A DNA stretch of 64,000 nucleotides from Sedimentisphaeraceae bacterium JB056. Its GTDB lineage: Bacteria; Planctomycetota; Phycisphaerae; Sedimentisphaerales; Sedimentisphaeraceae. The position numbers were made by a program, and so were the translations under genes. Where the stretch lies: positions 32,001-96,000 of the forward strand of contig JBITAJ010000011.1 of assembly GCA_044440125.1 (NCBI GenBank). The letters run 5' to 3'. The stretch's first letter is position 1. The number at the start of each line of letters is the position of its first letter. This document shows positions 10,288 to 19,648 of the stretch, piece by piece. The notes beneath the pieces are model-generated. The model saw only the letters and a program-made list of their open reading frames with translations, made no database searches and was not told the origin of the DNA.

Positions 10288-11136
10288 ATGAAATCTTTAT
10301 TCAAAAAAGCTGAGATACAAAAAAAACTGATAAAAGGACTACCTCAATATAACATAACATCTACGCAAAACATCGATAAAGCAAAAGAAAACTACATCTC
10401 AAATTTCAATATAGAAACTTCGAATTATACACTAAAAGATATTAAATTAAGAGCTCAGCAGTACTTCTGGCATTACCCATTTAGTTTTGGAGAAGATTTG
10501 TATATTGAGTCTGACTCAGATAAATCACAAGGTATTTACGGCAGGCATTACAAGCGTTATATGCATATATTCTCTAACTTGCTTGATATTTACGGCGGCA
10601 GCTTAGAAAACAAGAACATATTGGACTGCGCTTGTAATTGTGGGTTCTGGTCATTACAAGCTCTGGCAAATGGTGCAAAAAGCGTGACTTCTTTTGACGC
10701 AAGCGAGAAGAATATCGAGCAAGCTGATTTTCTAAAAGAAATAACGAATACACAAAATGTCACATATCAGAAACTTGATGTAGCAGATATTTCTAAAAAT
10801 AAATTAGGTAAATTTGATATCACGTTCTTCCTCGGAATACTCTATCACCTTAATAATCCCGTAGAGATATTGTCAAAACTTAAAGAAGTAACAAAAGATA
10901 CATTAATAGTTGATACAAATGTATGTATTGACTCAAAAAATGTATTGGAATTAAGAATAGATGACGTACACAAGCAAAATCATTCAAACAATATATGCTA
11001 TTATCCTTCTCCGTCAGCAGTATTTAAAATGCTTGAAATAGCTGGATTTAGAGATGTCAAAATATTAAATTCAAAAACCGAAATGCCAGAAATATATAAT
11101 AGTGGAAGAAGATATACCTTTATTGCATCAAGCTGA
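10288..11136 (+). CDS. Class I SAM-dependent methyltransferase (CmoB/DUF1698-like)
   Basis: ILDCACNCGFWS, FDITFFLGILYHL..P. Confidence 0.85.
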   Translation: MKSLFKKAEIQKKLIKGLPQYNITSTQNIDKAKENYISNFNIETSNYTLKDIKLRAQQYFWHYPFSFGEDLYIESDSDKSQGIYGRHYKRYMHIFSNLLDIYGGSLENKNILDCACNCGFWSLQALANGAKSVTSFDASEKNIEQADFLKEITNTQNVTYQKLDVADISKNKLGKFDITFFLGILYHLNNPVEILSKLKEVTKDTLIVDTNVCIDSKNVLELRIDDVHKQNHSNNICYYPSPSAVFKMLEIAGFRDVKILNSKTEMPEIYNSGRRYTFIASS

Positions 11137-11143
11137 TAATATA

Positions 11144-12373
11144 ATGAAAATAGCATATATACTAAAATCATTCCCTGAAATCTCTCAAACTTTCATTATT
11201 GTTCAATTAACAGAATTAATCGAATCTGGACATGATGTAACTATATTTGCTCAAAATAGAGGCAACGACAACAACACTATAGATTTAGTTAAAAAACATA
11301 GAATGACTGAAAAATGTCATTTTTGTATTAAGATACCTAAAAATAAAAACAGAAGAAGGATTAAAGCTTTAATATTTTCTGTTATAAAATTAATGCGGCA
11401 TCCTTTAAAAACAGTTGCTGCTCTCAGAATTTTATTTAGCCAAAAATTTGACTATGAAAATTTATTTTTTTTCCTTTCATTCAAACCTGAAAAATTTGAT
11501 ATACTTCAATGCCATTTTGGTCCAGCTGGCAACATAGGGCTTTTCACTAAAGAAACAGGACTTTTCGAAGGCAAATTAGTAACAACTTTCCATGGGTATG
11601 ATGTTAGCTCATACATCAAACTCAAGAATGAAAGCGTTTATGATAAACTATTCAGAACAGGCGATGCCTTTACTTATAACAGTGAAGCAACAAAAGACAA
11701 GTTAATAGCACTCGGTTGTAATGAAGATAAAATGTTCAAACTTCCAATGGGAATTCCAGTAGAAGACTTTAAATTCAAAAGGCGTAATATAAATCCTGAT
11801 AGTCAAATAAACATTCTAAGCGTAGGACGTTTGGTAGAAATGAAGGGAAGAAAATACGCAATTGAGGCTATTTCAAAGTTGGTGAATGACTATCCTAACA
11901 TCAAGTATTATATTGTAGGCAATGGGCCCTGTCTTGATACACTAAAAGCACAAGTAAATCGTCTGAATTTGTCATCAATAATAGAATTTACCGGATGGGT
12001 TTCATCTAAGAAGCTCATGGAGCTTTATGATAAGTGTCATATATTCCTACACCCAAGCATCACGGCATCTGATGGCAATCAGGAGGGGCAGGGAATGGTT
12101 CTGATTGAGGCTCAGGCACAAGGTATACCAGTCATTGCTACAAGACATAATGCATTCACAGAAACAATTATAGAAGATGTCACAGGCTTTCTTGTAGAAG
12201 AAAAAAATGCTATGCAGATTTCAGAAAAGATTAAATTAATAATAGAAAAGCCAGACATTCCTCAGCAAATGGTCTTCGAGGCACGAAGACATCTTGAAGA
12301 TTTATATTGCAGTAAAATACTAAATGTTATATTACTAAGCCTGTATACGAGGTTAATAGATGGCAAAAATTAA
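11144..12373 (+). CDS. Glycosyltransferase family 4 (WcaL-like)
   Basis: MKIAYILKSFPEISQTFI, CHFGPAG, TTFHGYDVS, SVGRLVEMKG, EGQGMVLIEAQAQGIPVI. Start moved to ATG 11144. Confidence 0.92.
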   Translation: MKIAYILKSFPEISQTFIIVQLTELIESGHDVTIFAQNRGNDNNTIDLVKKHRMTEKCHFCIKIPKNKNRRRIKALIFSVIKLMRHPLKTVAALRILFSQKFDYENLFFFLSFKPEKFDILQCHFGPAGNIGLFTKETGLFEGKLVTTFHGYDVSSYIKLKNESVYDKLFRTGDAFTYNSEATKDKLIALGCNEDKMFKLPMGIPVEDFKFKRRNINPDSQINILSVGRLVEMKGRKYAIEAISKLVNDYPNIKYYIVGNGPCLDTLKAQVNRLNLSSIIEFTGWVSSKKLMELYDKCHIFLHPSITASDGNQEGQGMVLIEAQAQGIPVIATRHNAFTETIIEDVTGFLVEEKNAMQISEKIKLIIEKPDIPQQMVFEARRHLEDLYCSKILNVILLSLYTRLIDGKN

Positions 12374-13043
12374 AGAAATAATTAAGTTTCCGTTCAAACC
12401 TTACTGGAAAATTAAACGAATTATCAAAAATCGTTACAACCCTGAAAAATATTGGGAAAATCGTCATCGAAAATATTCTGATAACTCATTAAAGGGGGTT
12501 GGTCATATAAAGAAGACTGAAGAGGCCAATATTATAGATTATAACAATGCAGCAAATGTATTCCTCGAACTATGTAAAGAAAACAATATTGACTTTTCAA
12601 ACAAATCAGTTCTTGAAATAGGCTGCGGAAATGGATTCTATACTAATATAGTTCATCAACATGGATGCAAAGATTATATTGGAATCGATATAGCCGAATA
12701 TCCGCTTAAAAAACTTGAAAACAAGTTTTGTTCTTATCATTTCAAAAAACTTGACATTACTAAGAGAAAACTTAATCAAAGATTTGATCTAATAATAATG
12801 ATCGATGTCACACAACATATCACTAAAGATAAACTGTTTGTTGCAGCAATGGAAAATATCCAAGAAATGCTTTCTGATAAAGCAACCTTTATAGTAACAG
12901 AATGGCTTTCAGAAGCAAAAAAACAACGACAATATTATGAAGTAGAACGACCTTTAGAATACTATCAAAACTGTTTTAAAGGATTCAAGATATCAAATCC
13001 TAAAAAATTCAGAGACAAGTATATCTTCTCTATAAAAAAATAA
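12360..13043 (+). CDS. Class I SAM-dependent methyltransferase
   Basis: YWENRH, VLEIGCGNGFY, GIDI, DVTQHI; overlaps the GT4 stop. Confidence 0.88.
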   Translation: MAKIKEIIKFPFKPYWKIKRIIKNRYNPEKYWENRHRKYSDNSLKGVGHIKKTEEANIIDYNNAANVFLELCKENNIDFSNKSVLEIGCGNGFYTNIVHQHGCKDYIGIDIAEYPLKKLENKFCSYHFKKLDITKRKLNQRFDLIIMIDVTQHITKDKLFVAAMENIQEMLSDKATFIVTEWLSEAKKQRQYYEVERPLEYYQNCFKGFKISNPKKFRDKYIFSIKK

Positions 13044-13078
13044 TTATGACCACCGGTTTGACAGGCGGTCATAATTAT
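13033..13078 (-). terminator. Intrinsic terminator hairpin between convergent genes (possibly bidirectional)
   Basis: Inverted repeat ATAATTATGACC (13040-13051) / GGTCATAATTAT (13067-13078), with a U-tract on the minus strand. Confidence 0.7.
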
Positions 13079-13109
13079 CAAGTCTAATATTTTTTAAAAG
13101 TCAAAACTC

Positions 13110-13150
13110 AAAAAACTTAAGTGGCATCATGTAAAAACACAATGCCACTT
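13110..13150 (-). terminator. Intrinsic terminator downstream of the prepilin gene
   Basis: AAGTGGCAT (13119-13127) / ATGCCACTT (13142-13150), followed by a T-run on the minus strand. Confidence 0.65.
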
Positions 13151-13166
13151 TCAAAATCAATATCTC

Positions 13167-14141
13167 TTACTGACGTTCATCATCATTAACAAGAACATTG
13201 TCATCGTCACTACGAATTGGAACACCAGACTGACCTACAGTTGACTTAGCTGCACCCACACGTATGGCCATCTGATCCCAAGTAGGACCAGCACCAACGC
13301 GACAAGTATAGATATTGTCATTCTGAACACCAATATCAGCTCTCTTTTCAAAAGTTACGTGGCCATCATTGTAAAGAACGTTCTGACCTTCACGCATATG
13401 AGCGTTTGAGTTAGCAACTTGCTCTTTCCATTTTTCAATCTCATCCCATTTATCATCCTGGATTGTATCACCTGCACCAAGAAGATCAACAAGATTCATA
13501 TAGTTATCACTATCAGGAGAACCTTCCTGGAGAGAAGGGTCAAACCATGGGCTTTTATCAGCCATTATAGCCATACCCGCTTGATCAGTAGAACTCATTG
13601 GAAACTCCAGACCATTAGCTCCTTCATAAGGCAAATGATAAGAATAGCTTAAGCACAACTGTGGGTACTCATCCTCACCATCAGTTTCTTTTCCACCGAA
13701 ATCCCAAAGTTCTGTAAGATCCGGCTTTTCACCGTTAAAGTCCTGAGCTTCTGAGCCTGTGAATTCTTTCTGGTCACTGCTCTGACAAACGAACTGCTTT
13801 GGAGATACGTCCGCTTCACGAACCAAAAGATAGAGAGATGCAGAAACTGTCACCTTCTGAGAATCTGACCAGTCGAAATCAGGAGTATCCCAATAATCAT
13901 CCTGACCATCTTTCGTCGCCCATTCATCAGCACCCTTACCACCAGCTATTGGGTATTCCTCATCGTTGTCGTTTGAGTATACCATACATGCTGTGCCGAG
14001 GCCTTTGAGGTTGGTACCACAGATGAGACGTTGAGCGAGACGACGCACTTTACCGAGTGCAGGCATCAGAATCGCCATGAGCATCGCGATAATAGCAATT
14101 ACCACGAGAAGCTCGATTAATGTAAAACCTTTCTTCTTCAT
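13167..14141 (-). CDS. Prepilin-type N-terminal cleavage/methylation protein with C-terminal H-Xn-DG motif (DUF1559-like class)
   Basis: MKKKG|FTLIELLVVIAII..LMPALGKVR..C..NLK; C-terminal HMREGQNVLYNDGHV; AAGGAG SD. Confidence 0.92.
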   Translation of the reverse strand: MKKKGFTLIELLVVIAIIAMLMAILMPALGKVRRLAQRLICGTNLKGLGTACMVYSNDNDEEYPIAGGKGADEWATKDGQDDYWDTPDFDWSDSQKVTVSASLYLLVREADVSPKQFVCQSSDQKEFTGSEAQDFNGEKPDLTELWDFGGKETDGEDEYPQLCLSYSYHLPYEGANGLEFPMSSTDQAGMAIMADKSPWFDPSLQEGSPDSDNYMNLVDLLGAGDTIQDDKWDEIEKWKEQVANSNAHMREGQNVLYNDGHVTFEKRADIGVQNDNIYTCRVGAGPTWDQMAIRVGAAKSTVGQSGVPIRSDDDNVLVNDDERQ

Positions 14142-14449
14142 ACTTTATTACTCCTTATTGTAATAATACGGTCATTAGGTTTCGCTTTCAACGCCGCCGC
14201 CCGGTCCGCATAATTTTTAATTAAAATTGCTAGTTTTTCCTGCGAAACCCATATTTCGCCGGATTGCGACGTATAAACTCTAAACATCAGGCGCCTCTTA
14301 CCCAAGAAGGCCTGTAAAAAAACGCATAATGCGATGGAAGGAGTAACAAAGCCGACGCTTTATGAAAAGCGTGTATAAGTATGATAACAGTTTTATATAT
14401 TATGATAAGTTATTGCACGCCGGTAATATCACCGATTCCATCAACGTAC

Positions 14450-14479
14450 ATTTTAACTGCTATACAACCCTTTTGTCAA
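14450..14479 (-). promoter_or_regulatory. Putative sigma70 promoter of the prepilin gene (~300-nt leader)
   Basis: Minus strand TTGACA-N18-TAAAAT. Confidence 0.55.
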
Positions 14480-14935
14480 TATTTTTTTTCATGCCATAAG
14501 ACATTTAAATAGTCATCATAAGAATCTTTACACATAAACGCTTCCCTTGAAACGACTTAAGCCTAAAAATCTTGTTGGTTTTTCATAAAAAAAACAACAT
14601 AAAAAATCTGCAATTATCAGCAAAGAAAACCTGCAAACACAACAGAAACTATCCTGCAAACATTTTTCGCATCGTTTTATAGTTATTAATCATTATACCA
14701 CAGTAACTTAACTACTTAAACACAAAGCAAACTTCTATTTAACAATCCAGATCCGCAATATCAAACTTACAGCGAGCACTAAAACCACATTAACCCCAAA
14801 ACCGTACAAGACACATACAACAAACAAAAAATTAGTATAAATTTCCAAAATTAACAAGCAAAAAAAACATCTCATCTCGATAGAATTTGCACTTCACACA
14901 TAATAAATTAAACTTTTGTTGATACGAAAAGAACT

Positions 14936-14964
14936 TTGACATTGAATTTTCGTAAGTTTAATGT
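14936..14964 (+). promoter_or_regulatory. Putative sigma70 promoter of ssrA
   Basis: TTGACA (14936-14941)-N17-TAATGT (14959-14964), upstream of the tmRNA 5' end. Confidence 0.55.
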
Positions 14965-14991
14965 AAGATACGATTTCCTTCGATGATCGAA

Positions 14992-15348
14992 GGGGGCGAC
15001 TGGTATCGACCGGATAGGTAGATGGCCAGGTGGCATACCCGGGATGACAGTTGGCCCGGTTAAAAATCTGTCAAACTAATTTTTAAACGGCGTTAATAAC
15101 TACGCTATGGCTGCCTAATAAGAGCGGCCCGTCCACCGTTGCCTCTCCCGGCGGCGACGGCTCGGATGTCATAACTACGGGATAAGCTAACGCGAGTGTC
15201 TGGTAGCTGTTAGACGAAAATTTACAGACTGGCGGTATTTTGGCCTGTTGCCTGGTTTTGGATGCCGCGAGATGTAATAGGGTAACTAAGTATGTAGATG
15301 CCTTGCTTGAAATATCACGGGACGGGGGTTCGACTCCCCCCGCCTCCA
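14992..15348 (+). ncRNA. ssrA: tmRNA (transfer-messenger RNA)
   Basis: 5' GGGGGCGACTGGTATCGAC and 3' GACGGGGGTTCGACTCCCCCCGCCTCCA (T-arm plus acceptor stem with G-U). Internal tag frame 15089-15118 encodes (A)GVNNYAMAA*. Length ~357 nt. Confidence 0.97.
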
Positions 15349-15481
15349 CTTTCGATTAATTAACACAAATCATTACACTCCAGTACTTTAAGCTTACATG
15401 CTTTTTCATCAAGCTAAATTATCTGCTATATCATGCATTAAGACAGTTATCTCTTAATCAAAAAGGTTAGCCATAATCTAC

Positions 15482-16480
15482 CTAAGCGAGAATGCCGAAA
15501 CGTTCGCGGGTAATCTGCCATTTGAGGGATCTGCCGGTCAGATATCTTCCCAATTCATCGGTCATATACTTTCCCATACGGTTACATTCGGGGCCCATAC
15601 AGCCGGCGATGTGGGGAGTAATTATGATATTTTCAAGGTCGTAAAGCTCAGAATCGCTTTCGGCGGGCTCAGGATGAGTAACATCGAGAACGGCGGTAAT
15701 ATCGGGCCTGACCTTCAAAACGTCAATCATTTCATCTTCTCTTACAAGTATTCCTCTGGCAGTATTTATGAACGAGGAATTAGGTTTCATAGAGCGGAAA
15801 TGTTCGCCCGTTATCATCCCTTTTGTTTCCTCGAAAACCGGAGTATGGATCGAAACCACATCACTAAGTTCAAAAATCTCCTCAAGCGTGTGCATCTCGA
15901 CGTTCATAGCCGCCGCCTGTGATTTATCGACGTACGGATCGTATGCTATGACTTTCATCTCGGTAATAGCCTGAATATAACGGCATACATGCCAGCCGAT
16001 CATGCCCAGGGACACTATCCCAAGCACTGAATTATACGTGCCGGGCGCATTGAAGATATCGCGTTGGGGGTAGGTGCGAAGTTTTTGTACGCTGTCTTTA
16101 TACTCCCACACCTTTTTGAGGCAGCAGAGTATCTGGCCCACCGTGTATTGAGCGACCGAGACCGCATTGGCACCATAGGCAGACGATATAACTATATTCC
16201 TGTCCCAGAAAGCATCACTCACAATGCCCCTGATGCTGCCGCCGCCATAAAAAACGGCTTTGAGCTCAGGCGCGAACTCCAGAATATGCGTATCAAATTT
16301 AGGACTGCCCCAATCCGCCATCACTATATCACAGCAGCTCAGGACGCCGGGGTTTTCCAGTACCTTTTGCGAGGATAGAGGCTCATCAATAATATCGATC
16401 ATATTCGCGATGTCATCGATCTCGTTCTTGCCGTAGACCTCTCCAAAGAGATTGTTCTTAATTATTATTCCGCGTTTCAT
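15482..16480 (-). CDS. D-isomer-specific 2-hydroxyacid dehydrogenase
   Basis: Rossmann SLGMIG, IHTP, FINTARG, LDVTHPEP, TPHIAG. Confidence 0.93.
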   Translation of the reverse strand: MKRGIIIKNNLFGEVYGKNEIDDIANMIDIIDEPLSSQKVLENPGVLSCCDIVMADWGSPKFDTHILEFAPELKAVFYGGGSIRGIVSDAFWDRNIVISSAYGANAVSVAQYTVGQILCCLKKVWEYKDSVQKLRTYPQRDIFNAPGTYNSVLGIVSLGMIGWHVCRYIQAITEMKVIAYDPYVDKSQAAAMNVEMHTLEEIFELSDVVSIHTPVFEETKGMITGEHFRSMKPNSSFINTARGILVREDEMIDVLKVRPDITAVLDVTHPEPAESDSELYDLENIIITPHIAGCMGPECNRMGKYMTDELGRYLTGRSLKWQITRERFGILA

Positions 16481-16511
16481 ATAATTTCAGTTTCTTAAAG
16501 AGTTTTTACCT

Positions 16512-17645
16512 TCAGATAAATTTTGAATATTCATCCAGAAGGGCCATGAAATTTTCATATTTAGTACCGGTACAGACCGAATGGGTCGTGCCGAGAATAC
16601 AACCGCCATTCGGGGCCACCTCAGTCATGAACCTTCGGACATCGCTTCGTACATCTTCGGGGCTGCCATGGACGAGATTTTCAGTTTTGACACCGCCCCA
16701 AACGGCAAACTTTTTGCCGTAACCTTTCTGAACCTCCGCAATATCCATACCTGCGGAAGCTTGTATCGACTGGTAGCAATCGATGCCCATATCGGCAAAT
16801 ATATCCAGCATATCCCAGTTGTTGCCGCAGGAATGCTGCACGACAGGATAGCCCCGCCGCTTCAGATCGCTGATCCTTGCTGCGTGAGCTGCGAGAAACA
16901 GCTCCCTGAACGTTTGAGGATTTATCATCGGGCCTTTGGTACTGGAATAATCATCGCCAAGCAAGACTCCATGCTGACCGGGACGCAGGTATAACTCATT
17001 ATGAGTTATTGCCATATCCATCAGGCTCTTATATATCTGCTTTATTTCCTGCGGGCGGGTAGCTATCTCCATAAATCCCCGCTCCATTCCGCCTGCAAGA
17101 AGCCAGCCGGGACCGGGAGGCGCGGCGCCATCGAGAATAAAGCGATCCTCACCCAGGGCATCGATCAGGGCGTCTATAACCTCAAATCGCGACTGATCGG
17201 GCGGGATTATCTTGCCGTCCCAGCTTAAGGCCTCAACGCTGCAATCCTGTGTCCAGACACTCGGGTCGTGGATCATCACGATATCCCTGGTCGGAGGTGA
17301 ATATTTATAAACCCTGCCGGCCTTGTCTTCCCAGAGGTCATCATCTATTTTCCTGGGGTTTTCCGGTTCGTAATCACGCGGCGGGACATTGGCCACAAAA
17401 GTCGAGACAATATCTATTATATCCAGCTTCTTGTAAAGCTCTATGCCGTCGGCGATGAGACTTTCGACAACTTCCGCTCTCCTGCCTTCCCATAGAGCAA
17501 TCCGTATCTTCGCCTTAGCCCTCCAATAGGTTTCGCGGCCCAATACCTTTTCAGCGGTATCGGAATCGATGGCGAAGAATCCTATCGGCGGCCTGTCGGA
17601 TTTTTCAAGCCGCAAGGCCGTGAACGCTCTTTCCTGCGAATTCAT
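16512..17645 (-). CDS. Uroporphyrinogen decarboxylase (URO-D/MtaA-like) family protein
   Basis: MNSQER..AL, GDDY...GPMINP, HSCGN, WGGV, GSPEDV, GGCILGTTHSV; no signal peptide. Confidence 0.88.
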   Translation of the reverse strand: MNSQERAFTALRLEKSDRPPIGFFAIDSDTAEKVLGRETYWRAKAKIRIALWEGRRAEVVESLIADGIELYKKLDIIDIVSTFVANVPPRDYEPENPRKIDDDLWEDKAGRVYKYSPPTRDIVMIHDPSVWTQDCSVEALSWDGKIIPPDQSRFEVIDALIDALGEDRFILDGAAPPGPGWLLAGGMERGFMEIATRPQEIKQIYKSLMDMAITHNELYLRPGQHGVLLGDDYSSTKGPMINPQTFRELFLAAHAARISDLKRRGYPVVQHSCGNNWDMLDIFADMGIDCYQSIQASAGMDIAEVQKGYGKKFAVWGGVKTENLVHGSPEDVRSDVRRFMTEVAPNGGCILGTTHSVCTGTKYENFMALLDEYSKFI

Positions 17646-17646
17646 A

Positions 17647-19635
17647 TCAGATGCCCTGTTCTTTCTCTATAACTATTACACTATGAATTTCCAGCTCTTC
17701 CAATGTAAAGGTGAGCAGACCCGCGCCAAATTCATATTCCAGCTCTTTGTTCCCAGGCTGTAAAACAACTTTAGAAGGTTTTGAATCAATCTTGACTGAT
17801 ACTTCTATATTCCTGAGAGTCGGTATTTCATTAAAAACGTGAATAAACTTATTGCTGTGCGGACCCGAAGTATTTATAAGATTGATAAAGAGCTTGTTTT
17901 CACGAGCACCCAGCGAAACATCGATATACTGCGAACCGCTTACCCTGATCATGGGATCAGTGAAAAGTTTATCCACAACTTTCTTCAAAAACTTTCTCAG
18001 AGCAGGCGTGGAATATTTCGAATAATTGTCGCCCATATCGAAATAAACACAGCCGATTTTGCCCTTGCCGTAATTCATTACAGAGGCCGCATCACAATAA
18101 TCCCCGTATATATCGTGGTCGGGATACAGCCTTCCTACAGCTTCATGGCCCTGAGCCGCTTTGAGCTTATAAGAAGAATTCAGCGTACACATCGTACGAT
18201 CATTTTCCAGCCATACGCTCTTTTTGAAAATTTCCGGCAGCGATATATTCAGTTCCTTTTCAAAGAGCTTTGCCGACGCCGTACCTATCAATAAAACGTT
18301 TCCGCCTTTGCTTGCATAATCGAGCAATTGAGATCGGAAAGTTTCGTCCATATATTCAACCTCAGGCACTACGACAAGGCCGTATTTATCCATCGAAGAG
18401 GCGAGATGATGCTCCGAAACCACATCAACGACATTCTGCGACTCCAAAAGACATTGCAGGATGCCGATCTGCGGCTGGCAGATATCGTCGGCCTCGATGA
18501 CAAACGGATCACGGGGAGCAAAAAGCTTCTTGTTTCTCCTGTAGTAATCGGTTGATGAATGGAGCATGGCAACCTGAGGAACCTGCTCAACCTGGAAACA
18601 GTATTCTTCCCTTTCACGGCAGAACTTGGTCACTTGCGACATAATATCCATATGCCACTGAGCAACAGAACCATCCCTCCTTGTCTGGGGGAAATAGAAT
18701 GTCATAGCACCGCCCTGAGCAATAGTTATCGCCGCCTCCTGCTTCATCTGCAAAGCGGACTTGGTATCGACATGGGTACCGGGCTTGAAAGCGAAGCTCC
18801 ACGCCATTATATCCCAAGGTTTGCCCTGATAAACAAGATAGCGGGAATCGAATCTCGAATGATCAAAACCGTTGAGCGGCACGACATCGCCTGAGAGAAA
18901 ATCAACATCTATATCAACAGGCTCGGGCATATAAGTGCTGTAGGCCCAATTGGTACAGACCTGGAACTCAGGCTTATATTCATGCAGCGCATCTACATAA
19001 TCCTTGAGATACTCCCTGTACTTGCTTCGGCAAAATTGGGTAAAATCAGCAAAACATGTTTCGTTATTCAGTATATCAGATTTAGTATTTCCTGTCTTCT
19101 TCTCATACTCTGCAAGAATCGCGGGGCGGAAATCCTGCGGGGCGACCCATGAGTCGCCGTCTACCCAGACACCGTCAACCCCGTATTCATCGATAAGCTC
19201 TTTCAGTTGGGGAACTAAAAGCTTCTCGCCAAACTGACCGGCATAAGAATTGATCTGATCACTTGCTTTTCCCTGCGAATCCACAAATCCCCAGTCGGGA
19301 TTATTCTGCACATTTTTCTTTGACCATAAACCGCAAAAATGCATTAACAACGGGATATTGTGCTCTGCCGTAACGTCCCGCCATATCCGCAACTGATCCT
19401 TGACGAAGCCGGGAGCGGGATTACCCACCTTTGTAGGATAACTGGATATCCCCGGATGGCCGCTGCAGTCGCATTGGATGTAGTCAGGTTTTACTTTGTC
19501 TATAATGTATTCAATGGTTTCTTCAGTAACCGTTTTGCCTATCTGGTCGCAGTCAAGATCGGCATGAAAATCAAAATGGAGTCCTAAAAATCCTTCGGCC
19601 CTTGAAACTTTTTTCTTTACGCTTTTACTACTCAT
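17647..19635 (-). CDS. Putative glycoside hydrolase (GHL6/alpha-L-fucosidase-like TIM barrel + GATase-like trimerization domain), cytoplasmic
   Basis: GLHFDFHA, DYIQCDCSGHPGISSYPTKVG, GVDGVWVDGD, DFLSGD; no signal peptide. Confidence 0.7.
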   Translation of the reverse strand: MSSKSVKKKVSRAEGFLGLHFDFHADLDCDQIGKTVTEETIEYIIDKVKPDYIQCDCSGHPGISSYPTKVGNPAPGFVKDQLRIWRDVTAEHNIPLLMHFCGLWSKKNVQNNPDWGFVDSQGKASDQINSYAGQFGEKLLVPQLKELIDEYGVDGVWVDGDSWVAPQDFRPAILAEYEKKTGNTKSDILNNETCFADFTQFCRSKYREYLKDYVDALHEYKPEFQVCTNWAYSTYMPEPVDIDVDFLSGDVVPLNGFDHSRFDSRYLVYQGKPWDIMAWSFAFKPGTHVDTKSALQMKQEAAITIAQGGAMTFYFPQTRRDGSVAQWHMDIMSQVTKFCREREEYCFQVEQVPQVAMLHSSTDYYRRNKKLFAPRDPFVIEADDICQPQIGILQCLLESQNVVDVVSEHHLASSMDKYGLVVVPEVEYMDETFRSQLLDYASKGGNVLLIGTASAKLFEKELNISLPEIFKKSVWLENDRTMCTLNSSYKLKAAQGHEAVGRLYPDHDIYGDYCDAASVMNYGKGKIGCVYFDMGDNYSKYSTPALRKFLKKVVDKLFTDPMIRVSGSQYIDVSLGARENKLFINLINTSGPHSNKFIHVFNEIPTLRNIEVSVKIDSKPSKVVLQPGNKELEYEFGAGLLTFTLEELEIHSVIVIEKEQGI

Positions 19636-19648
19636 ATTTCCTTTACTC

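Noticed and set aside
13167..14141. gspG/pilA of a T2SS or type IV pilus operon
   Set aside because: No ATPase, secretin or platform genes nearby; the size and H-Xn-DG tail indicate the PVC-type prepilin family.
14142..14449. c-di-GMP or other known riboswitch
   Set aside because: Could not find the conserved motifs; kept only as an unspecified structured-leader hypothesis.
15083..15349. 88-aa minus-strand ORF (MEAGGVEPPS...)
   Set aside because: Reverse complement of the tmRNA 3' half; a classic spurious translation.
16512..17645. hemE (true uroporphyrinogen decarboxylase)
   Set aside because: Lacks the N-terminal MRQAGR motif; has a metal-binding HxC and sits in a sugar-catabolic context.
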